Positions 44,779 to 54,336 of a DNA stretch of 64,000 nt are shown piece by piece. Under the pieces are notes generated by a model. It was not told the DNA's origin. It saw only the letters and a program-made list of their open reading frames with translations, and ran no database searches. The first letter of the stretch is position 1. Every line of letters begins with the position of its first letter. The stretch lies in assembly GCA_905178155.1 (NCBI GenBank), contig CAJINV010000003.1, positions 3,317,600 through 3,381,599 of the forward strand. Reading direction: 5' to 3'. Origin of the DNA: Amoebophrya sp. A120 (taxonomy: Eukaryota > Protista > Dinoflagellata). The translations under genes were made by a program, and so were the position numbers.

Positions 44779-47700
44779 CTATTGGTATGCCAGACTGTCC
44801 TGCTTGCTGTTGCTGCTACTCTGCCCTACAAACGAGTTGGAAGCAGTTGTCGTTGTTCTTTCCTCCTCCCAATGGTAAGAACGATCCTTGCCGCGGCCTT
44901 TCCCGCCTTGTCGTTTGGTGTAGTTACCATTGTTGTAGCTGCTTCCGCCCCCACCGCTTCCCCGCTCATTATTGTTCCAGTTGCTTCCGCCATTGTGTGT
45001 ACCGCGCGCACCGGTCGATGCCCACTGTAGAGTAAATTCTCATTCGATTGAATCATGCATCACGAGCACGACCTGTTGCTGGCTAGAACGCAGCAGAAGC
45101 GAAACAGGGTTGATAATGTCCACCGGCATCACAGCGCGGTTGACTTATTGAGCTTGGGACTGTTTTACTTATATCACATACACAATTCAGTATAATTCTT
45201 CGCACAAGAGGAAGAAGAATGGCGATTACCTCATCCCGGCCCGCCATTCTGCGCTCTTCACGGGCCGCGCGCCTTTCTTCGCGGTTCCCATCTTTCCCAT
45301 TCCCTGCTTCGGAGCCATACCTGCGAAAGATTCTCTATCTTCCCATTGATGTTTTTCCTAACACTGGGCGCAGCCAGATTCGCTATTTCTTAGCTTGCAG
45401 ACAGAGACACCAGGCACGGACTCTTGAATTAAAGCTGCGGAGTACAAGAAGAAAAAGTATAGCACAGGTATAAATTCTACCACTGCTACCCAATTTATTG
45501 CTTTGTACCTGCTGTGGTTCGGTGAGGGTCGCTTCCCACCGAAGTTGTCTCCACCTTTGCTTGAGCTGCCGCCCGTGTTTGGCAGACTGGGTGGGGGCAG
45601 TATGTTGCTGTCGGCCTTGTAGGAAGATCCGTCGCCGAAGTTCGAGGAGGTACTGCTGCTCCCGCCATGGTTGTAATCACCGGTCTTCTGCGAGGCCGTG
45701 CTAAAGCTCGACGATGGCGGTAGGCGTGCGCTGTTGGGCGGTGGACTGCCGGTGAGCTGCGAGGATATTGAGTCCATAGGCAAATGGTCCGCCGACAGGC
45801 CGCCGCCAAGGCTGCTGTTGTATTGCGAGGACCCGGACGCAGGTCCTCCCACTCCGCCGCCACGGTTGCTGTCGCGGATATTATTGCCTCCCTCCTTCGA
45901 GAAAGCCCCGAGTTTACTTGTGTTACCGGGGCCGTGGTGTGCCGCTCGTGGGGGCTGGTTATAGCCTTGTTGCTGTACATAATTGTTGTTCATCACACCG
46001 TCACCACCCATGTTTGCGCTCCGCCCATACTTGCTCCCGTCGCGCGGCTGGTCCCCTGGCATGTTGAAGCCATAGTGCTGGTTCCCGTTGTTCCGGCCGA
46101 ACTCATTCTTGTGTTCCTTGTAGTTGTTATAAGACGTCGCATTATTGTTGCTGTTGTAGTTACCGCTCCCATACCCGTTGTCGCTGTTCAACATTTTTAC
46201 ATCGGCATTCCCGGAGTTGTTTTGCATGCCTTTGTATCCTATGCAAAAAACCTCGCATAACTGCTCGTCGACATTGTAATATTACCGCACTACCGGTACT
46301 ACCAATTCGTAAACCAAACTCTCATGCGTTGCCTACTCATTCGCTGCATGCAGGACACATGCCCTTTTTGCTGCCAACATTTCTCCTCGATCAAGTAGTT
46401 GCGATTCGCTTGCATTGGATACTCTGCCATTATTTCCCCCGCCTGGGTTGTTCATCATTTGGCCTCCGTGGTTTGACGGGTTGTTCAGCAGAAACTGGGG
46501 GTGATCCCCTCCGCCATTTCGGTTCGACTGAAAGTTGTTTCTGTTGTTCGGCGGAAAGTTTGGCTCATTCTGTGGTCCTCGCGGGGGCGCATTGTTGTAG
46601 TCGCGGTCATGCTATGCATCTTCGCAAACATGTCAGGGACGGGAAAAGAGCAAACTACATTCAGGTACGCTGCGCTCACTTCGAATACCTACGATGCGTC
46701 AACAGACAGTATCCACCTCGCGGATAGTATCTGCATACTAGCGTCGTAACCTCATACGTATCAATTCCTGCCTTTCATCAAGTATAGACCCAGACATGTG
46801 TAAGTACATTACCAGTGGATACACGCAAACGCTGATGCTCGTTGTATGTCGCCGAGACACCGCCTGGAGCAGGGCCTCCATTCCCTTGATGATAGTCGCC
46901 CTTGTAGGACGCCATGTTCTGCTGGTTTCCGTAGTTCTCGTTTTTGTTGTTCCATCTTGCACCTCCACCACCGCCAAGGTGTTGCCCGGGAGGTTGAAGA
47001 TCCTGATTGTAACTGTTTCCTGCTCCGCCTCCGCCCGGCCCACCTGAGCTCCCGCCCCGGGACAGCATACCGCTGTTGTTGCCGCCGGGGTGCTGATCGT
47101 AACTGTCGTAATTCTCCGCGTGGTTGCCACCTTTGCCCGACCTCTTCATACTATTTGCAGATCCTGCGCCAGAGGACTCGGGGGGGTTCAAGGCCTGTTG
47201 CGCGCGCAGGGTGGCACGCTCGGGGTGGAAGTAGCTCCGTTCGGTTTCAAAGTCGGGCGCGTAGTACAGTTCGGCGGACGGCCCGGAGCCCCACGTGACC
47301 GGCTCGCGGTCCGTCAAAATCGCAAATCGCTCCATGCCGCCCATCACCTCGAACACACGCCCCGCGTTATCAAAAGGGAAAATCCCCCCTCCCCATATCA
47401 AAACGAAGCCTCTGATGCTGGATTTGCGTACACAAATCAGATTTGTCTTTCTAGAGAGGACTGCAGGCCTATGCTGTGCCTGAGTGGGGAGGCTCTGGGC
47501 TAGGCGCTAAGCATGGCAAACGTCTAGTCTGTAGGGCCAACAGCATCACAAACCGCTTGCAGAATGCGGCGGGGCCTGCGGAGTTGCGTTCTTGCAAGAC
47601 AGAGACGATTTGTGGTCACAAATCAGCATTGCAAATTTTCTGAGACGTGCCTTTCCGATATGGGGAGGGGGGACTTTTCCTTTTGATACGCGTCCGGTTC

Positions 47701-50700
47701 CTGCCATCCCTGCTCTTCATTCACAAACGTGACGAGTTGCAGACAGTCCTGCGGTATCAACTGTAAAAGTGTCTGGGTCTGGAAGATTGCCAGGTTTGTC
47801 ATGCAGGTTTTCTATGACTCATGAGGTCTGGAATGCAGCGCCTAGCATGACAAACTCTGTGAGATCTCTAGCATGCCTATCCTGCATGAGAAATTCCCTT
47901 TCAACTTGGTAAAAAACGACGGCTGTTGGTAATCACGCAACACAGATTGCTTGCATGATTCAGATTTAGCATGACAAGTTCCATCCTCCCAGACCCAGAC
48001 ATTTTTGCATTTGATATGCGGCCCGATGTAGAAGGACGCGCCGCCGTCGGTCGGCGGGGATTCATACCGCTCCACCGGGTAGCCCCCCTGCCGCACTATC
48101 GGATAGCCGTACCCATAAAACGATGTGGTGGAGCCGTCTGTTCATCCAGTTTCGTATATTTAATATCGTTGAAAGAAAATACAACTCAAAGGGATGAAAT
48201 ATCACTTCGTATCAAAGGAGAGAACAACAAGGAGATCATGAACATCAAACAGTAGAAGAAGCAGGTGACCACGAGTCGGTGCCTGTGGCGGCCTCGTCCA
48301 GGGTACTACAACTTCAAAATTACAAATACCTGTTTTCTCTTTATCGATGGCAGCTTTGTTGAATTCCCGGTACTTTGTTCGCTCCCAATTTGACCCGAAC
48401 TCCTGCAACACCTCGTTGCGCTTGCGCGGGTACGCGCCGCCCACAAACGAGGCTGGATTGGTGGTCATGTAGATTCGCCCGGTCCGCTCGTACTCTTCCA
48501 CCTGTTGGTCAAAGCCTTGTGGCAGGCTGGTAGGCGGGTAGTACCTGTTGTGTCGGGAAACAAATGGTGCATCTTCGTCGTGCACAGAGATGATCGCTGG
48601 TTTTCCAGATGCGGCACAACAAAAGTAAAAAACCACGGGGACCGTGTTCTCGACACAATCTACCACAAGTCGGCTATCAAAAGCTTCACGACTTCTGCCA
48701 CTTTTGGAATAGCTCCCCTCTGGAGCAAAAGCATGTAGGCAGAGACGAGGACCCTAGCTTGATAAAATCTAGATACATCGAAAAAATACAGTCGCAATTG
48801 CATGTTTCGGCGAGGTATTCACTGCAAATATGTCTCGGTCTGGAAGAATGCAAGATCTGTAGCGCTCAACTCCTGACTATACTCCCAAATTCTCATGTAC
48901 TGCGTGTTCGTGTTGCGGAATAGCGCTGTTTCTGTGTCATGTATAAAAAGGAAAAGCAGTTTAGCCAATGTGCTGCGCACCACAGGACCGCTCAAAACAA
49001 AATGTGTCAACATGATGCTTGGCTTCATGCTCATACTCTGGCCACTTTGTCAGACAACTTTCCAGACCCGCAGATATTCATTTGCAGTAGATAAGAGGGC
49101 TTTTCATGATCTCTGCTAGCTCGTCGTCTTCGTCGGCGCCAAGAATTGTGAGGAAAATTCCCCCCTCCCCATACTCATAAAAATACGATTTGTGATGCGC
49201 GGCTTGCGTACACAAATCGAGCTGTGTTGCTAGAAGGCAACGGGACGCGCTGGCGGCCTGGGTTGCTAGAAGGCTATTCGTCACGCTATTCTGGGCAAGA
49301 CAGTTAGTCTCTGTCGTGTTGAACATGGAGATGGAGCCTGGCTGCACTAGGATCCACAACATCACTTGGCATCTGAAGACGTGACAATTGGACTTGGTTG
49401 TTCGTGTACACAAATTCTCCAGCAACACCAGTCCTCGCCTTTTGAACATGCGGAGGTGGGGGGGAATTTCCCTTACGATACCAAGGTCGGGGAAACTGCT
49501 GGGTTTGGCGCCCCAGGGCACCACGAGCGCGGGCGGGGGGTTGGGGACGGGCCGCTTGGGGCAATTGATCATCGTGTTGGCGGGCATATTGTCCTTTAGG
49601 CCACGAGGATCTGACCCGGAATGAATGCCACCCGCATGCAACCTTAAGGAAAAAAAGAAGAATCATACTTACGCGTGTGCACCTCTTCCTCTTGACAATT
49701 TGAGTCAGATTTAGTTTTAGAATTGCGACGCGCGGAAAGAAATAAACAACGACACCTCGATGGTGCGCTCCTGCTTTTTCTTGTGTCCTACAATCAGTCC
49801 TCCAAGGTGGATGTTGATGACGATATTAGAGCACCGCTGGTGGTCCCTTCTTTCCTACAGAGAATGAGGAGCGTATAAAGAAATTCATTCTGCTTTTTTA
49901 AGAATATGGACTTATTGATGCACGGTACCTCTTGCCACTCTGGTCGAGAAACCCGGATTGGTTTGGGCCCTGAGTTCCGCGGTCCCCGAAAACGGAGCCT
50001 CCGCCGTTTTGCCGTGCGCCGTAATTGTAGTAGCCGTACTCTTCGTCGCGATTCTGGTTGTAGCGATCCTGACGGCTGCCACCTTTTCCATACCCGCCTT
50101 TTTCAAAATTTCGGCGGCCGCCTCCGCCCCCACCCTTCATGTTGTTTTCGTGATATGAGGATCCCTGACCACTACCTCGCATCATGTTGTCGGAGCCGGG
50201 TCCATAGGTACTACTCCCACCACCCGGCGGATTTCTGCCGTCGCCGTGGTGTTGGTGATCTAAGCTAGCGTATGATCCGCCACCGCCATTGCCGGCGTGA
50301 TGGTATTGTGACTCGAGGTTGCTGGTCGCGTTGTACGATCCTCCGCCACCGCCGGCGGTGTTCCCGCCGCCCTGCGGTTTTCCGGAGTTGCGTCCCTTGC
50401 CGGCGTTGCCGAACTGATTGTTTTTCCCCGAATTATTGTTGCCGCCGCCAACATGCTGCTGCTGCTGCTGCGGGGGTGGTGGTGCGCCGCTGGCGGCCCC
50501 GCTGCTCGAGGTCGAGAAAGCATTGCCACCACCTCCCATGCCGTAATGCTGCTGCTGTTGGGCATTGGCATTGCCACTACTTCCACCGCCGTATTGCTGT
50601 GGTTGGCCCGGATTACCGCCGTATGAATTGTGCTGTTGCTGCCCCCCAGGGGCGTTTTGCGCCGTATTCGCGCCCATCTGGAGCTGCGGTCCGCCCGATA

Positions 50701-52797
50701 GGTTAGGCGTGCCGCTATTCGGGCCACCGGCGATGTGTTGCTGGGCACCAGACAGACTATTGTTCAGGTTGTTCCTTGATGTTGGCCCGTTGTTACCACC
50801 TGCTCCTCCGAGGTGCTGGTTACTAAGACCGCCGATGTTGGATGATGCCCCGCCGGAAGTATTATTTCCGCTGCCTCCACCAGGCACGAGCTGCTGCTGC
50901 AAAGTCTGGGGCAGACCCGAATTCTGGAGGTTTTGCAAACCTGCACCTGGAACAAAATTAGGCACGTTCGGTTGCAGTTGCGTCGTTGTACTGGGTTGCG
51001 AGGACGTCATGCCGGCATTGTTCACCTGTTGCTGAAGATTGCTAAGCCCAGTGTTTGCGTTGTTCATGCTGAAGCCGCCGTTGACACCAGCTCCTAGGTT
51101 TTGCAGCTGCCCGCCCATGACTGCTTGCGTTTGGCTTTGCTGTGGCAGGAAGGGGCTCGCATTCTGTTGCAGCATGCTCATGGAGGGGGTACCCGTTGGA
51201 GCACCTCCCGCTCCGCCAGCCATCTGCGGCTGGCCTCCGCTCGTGTTTGTAGCCGCAGCACCACCTCCTCCCAATTGTCCTGGATTGCCTACGGAAAATT
51301 GCATCCCTTGGTTGAGATTCATGAGCTGCTGCTGTTGCTGAGCCAGGCTGTTTGGGTCCATCGGCTGCATTTGAACTGCCCCGGCTTGATTATGGTTCAT
51401 GTTGCCCAATTGGAAATTGTTTGTCTGTTTGCTGCTTTGCTGTGACTGCATGTTCCCGGCGCCTCCTCCGAGGGCGAGCTGCTGTCCCGGTACGACGCCT
51501 TGCTGTTGACCGTTCATGGGCATGTTCATGTTCAACATCCCCTGGCTCACCTGCTGACCATTGGGCGTGGCAATCGTGTTCTGCTGTGGCGCTGCAGTTT
51601 GCTGTTGGAGTTGCTGCACCTGCATCTGCTGCATGTTGCCTCCTCCATTTTGACTCATTCCGGACGTGTTTAGCAGGAGGTTTGTGCCCTGCATCGGCTG
51701 TTGCTGCTGCATCTGCTGCTGTTGCATGTTCGCAACCTGTTGCTGTTGTGCAGATCCGCCCTGCTGCTGTCCCACTCCTCCACCGCCTGCACGCATCATG
51801 TTTCCACCGTTTTGTGCGTTCAGTTGTTGGCCACTGTTTTGGTTGCCAATCTGCGGACTTGGTGGGAGCTGCACCTGGTTGTTAAACAGCATTCCATTCG
51901 CCGCGAGCTGCTGCTTATCAACTGGAACTTTGTGGTCTGGGTCTGGACATTTGTCATGCCTATAAGAGATTGCGCGAGCGCGCTAAGTAGCGCTACCGAG
52001 CCCCCAACTTCTACATCTGTAGTGATTCTTACAGGCGGCGACACCCTGGATACAAATCGAAATCTCGCATCACAGCTCCAGACCCAGCCATATTTTCTGT
52101 AAAAATGCATAGTGCTGGGCGTTCGCATTCGGTTGCGGTGTCATGGAGAGCGCGTTCTGGTTCAGGTTCATCATGGCGCTTTGCTGGTTCATCATCGCCG
52201 CTTGTTGCTGTGGCTGGGGCTGCATTGGCATGTTGGCCGTGGTTTGCTGTTGTTGCTGCATCTGCTGCTGCATCTGTTGCTGCATCTGCATCTGCTGCAT
52301 CTGTTGCTGCTGCATCATCTGCTGCTGGTTTGCGGCCATCAGCATGTTCTGCTCCTTATCCCACAGAAATCCACAACCATAACAGATTCGTGTACTTACA
52401 TTTGTCTGCACATCGCGAAGAGATGCAAAACGCCAAATGGAATGAATGCCTGTTCGCGACCAGGTCGCGGCATCATGGTAACTAAAAACTCATGGCATGA
52501 CAGACTATAGACGTTTATACACATGAAAACGATGCGTGTAGAACAACATTTGCGAGCATGAAGATATGGGTGTGAGTACTACCATTCAATTGTGTACTGC
52601 TGGTTCGACATCGCAGCGCCGCCCATCATCAGACTCTGCTGTTGTTGCTGCTGCATCATCTGTTGCTGCCCGGCTGCCATCCCGGGGTTCGCCGCACCCA
52701 GCTGCTGGCTCCCGGCCCCGGCCATTTGACTGTTCCCAAACTGCCCCGAGCCGGGCATGGGAAACACCCAATTCGTTCCTGACCCATCGAAGTTCAT
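44779..52797 (-). CDS. Large low-complexity Q/N/G-rich (prion-like) protein with a central non-repetitive domain; at least 7 introners
   Basis: Poly-Q/M N-terminal half and G/N/Y-rich C-terminal half. Central block ADEDDELAEIMKSP..VVDCVENTVPVVFYFCC..YPPTSLPQGFD..FYIGPQDCLQLVTF..GRVFEVMGG..ELYYAPDF. Frames join after removing introners and GT-AG introns; the first intron and some central joins are uncertain. Confidence 0.7.
46235..46421. mobile_element. Degenerate introner (187 bp)
   Basis: TSD ctttg/ctctg. IR tatcctatgcaa ... ttgcattggata. Removal gives GNNGR-GMQNNS. Confidence 0.75.
46613..46821. mobile_element. Degenerate introner, family B-related (209 bp)
   Basis: TSD catgc/cacgc. Ends tatgca..acatgtcaggg and agacccagacatgt..gtggata. 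Removal gives HQRLR-DRDYNN. Confidence 0.72.
47368..47688. mobile_element. Introner/MITE family C (321 bp)
   Basis: TSD cgcgt. TIR tatcaaaagggaaaatcccccctccccatatc ... gatatggggaggggggacttttccttttgata. Removal gives WQEPDA-GRVFEV. Confidence 0.92.
47755..48016. mobile_element. Introner/MITE family B (262 bp)
   Basis: TSD tgcgg. TIR tatcaactgtaaaagtgtctgggtctgg ... ccagacccagacatttttgcatttgata. Removal gives FYIGP-QDCLQL. Confidence 0.92.
48816..49093. mobile_element. Introner/MITE family B-related (278 bp)
   Basis: TSD cgagg/agagg. TIR tattcactgcaaatatgtctcggtctggaa ... ttccagacccgcagatattcatttgcagtagata. Removal gives IMKSPL-RNMQLR. Confidence 0.85.
49144..49480. mobile_element. Introner/MITE family C (337 bp), stop-free and in frame
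   Basis: TSD ccaag. TIR aattgtgaggaaaattcccccctcccc ... gggggggaatttcccttacgata. Shares ttgcgtacacaaatc with the 47368 copy. Removal gives FPDLG-ADEDDE. Confidence 0.85.
51916..52111. mobile_element. Introner/MITE family B-related (196 bp)
   Basis: TSD ctgct/gtgct. Ends tatcaactgg..gtctgggtctgga and tccagacccag..aaaaatgcata. Removal gives NANAQH-QLAANGMLF. Confidence 0.85.
52357..52596. mobile_element. Candidate highly degenerate introner (240 bp)
   Basis: Near-TSD ctcct/ctgct; left end tat, right end gta; internal gcatgaca motif. Removal gives MSNQQ-QNML in frame. The TIR is weak. Confidence 0.4.
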
Positions 52798-54336
52798 GCT
52801 TCGATGAAGTAGAGCTGGTCGGCAGACGGCAAGTCGCACGAGCTAGTTTCCTCGGGTCGTGCACAAAGAAATGAGCTCTGTTGAGGAGCTCTAGCTCTAC
52901 TCCTCCGGCGGTACTATGCAAATCGATTCTAGTCGTCGACGCAAGAAACCACCCGGAAGACTTCTTACAGCTGGTCCTCGTGGTTCAGCCCACACAAGAA
53001 GGAAACAAGCACTCTTAACCAAATTCTTAACCAAATTCGGCAGACAGACAAGAGCGCCTGAGTGCAACTCCGCGGCTCGATGCGACCGGCCGCGTGGGAG
53101 TGAACGGCACTTCCATTTGCTTAGCCATGGGCTTAGTCATCATCTTCAATATACGGAAGATTTTTTGGTTGCCGCTCAACTTATCGGCAAAGCGAAAGGG
53201 CGGAAGAAACGAGGACGAGTACGAGTAAGTACATCTTGTTGTGTTGACTCTTCTGGATTTTTATTTGAATTTGTGACCCGCACTACCTGACCTCAACTTG
53301 TTCAACTCAAAGTCTTCGAATACTGCTGTCTTTTTATTTGTTTCGATATCAAAGGCGCTTCCGGAGGCTGTCAAACTCCGGCGGGGTGCAAAAACGAAAG
53401 AAGAAGTAGCGCAGTGTGCTTGATCGAACAAATACAAAGGTAGAGGTAGACCACCTGACCGAGGGAATAATAAGAATAGCGCAGAAAAATGTGGCATCTG
53501 CGTCAACAAGCAATAGACTGATATACTGCAGACATGCTAACTAGAAAGATACAGAAGGCGAGTGTTTTTGTCGTGGAGATAGACAATCAAATCCGAAATG
53601 ATACAACACGGACACCAGCACGGACGCAAACAGACACACAGACTCTCCCCTGGGGCCGAACGGGTAGTAAAGCACGGCCGCTACAGTTTTTCACACCACG
53701 ATCTCATGCAGCAGGCTTGCATTCTAACTCTTACGTGTTTTTGTGTGCTGAGTCGTAGTCTTGTACTTTTTCATGAGCTTTTTTCTGACATCGTTGGACA
53801 TTTTGCAAAATCATGATGTTAAGGACATTCATGGCAGGACGTCTGAGAGGGGGTTCGATGACACGGACTGGCGATGGTGCCATGTTATTCGTATTCTCTA
53901 GTCTGGTGTGTGAAGAGACGAGACAATTTGTTACATATTCTCAAGTTCTTTTTTGAAAGTAAATCAGCAAAAGTACAAGGGTTCAGACTCGAAAACACAA
54001 CCAGCTAGGAAGTTTTTTTGCTGCTCGTCGTCGTCCTATGAAGCTGTTGTACAGGTGTCGGCTTCATCGGACGACGGCAATGGACGTTCTAGTGTTCCAA
54101 CGAGCGTTCTGTGCGTAAGTATCTATAGTTCTCGATGACAGGAGGAGACCGGTGAAATTCCGCTCTCAGTTGCCTAAGTTGTAGGCTAAGTTGTATGTTG
54201 CTTTACTCTTTACGTTTGAAATTGATACGTGAAACTGAAAGTCGATTTGCAGACTAGTTTTGAAGCATTTGTATTTTTGCTCTTTCATTGTCACTGCGCA
54301 GATGTTGCTGTGACAAGTTTTCTTGCTCAACCTCGT

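Noticed and set aside
48674-48789. Intron reading G-TAT...ATA-G between cgact repeats, considered as an introner
   Set aside because: It splices in frame as GT-AG, has no TIR and the repeat register does not fit; an old converted introner cannot be supported.
51666-52382. Poly-Cys metallothionein-like + strand ORFs
   Set aside because: Antisense shadows of CAG/poly-Q codons in the minus-strand gene.
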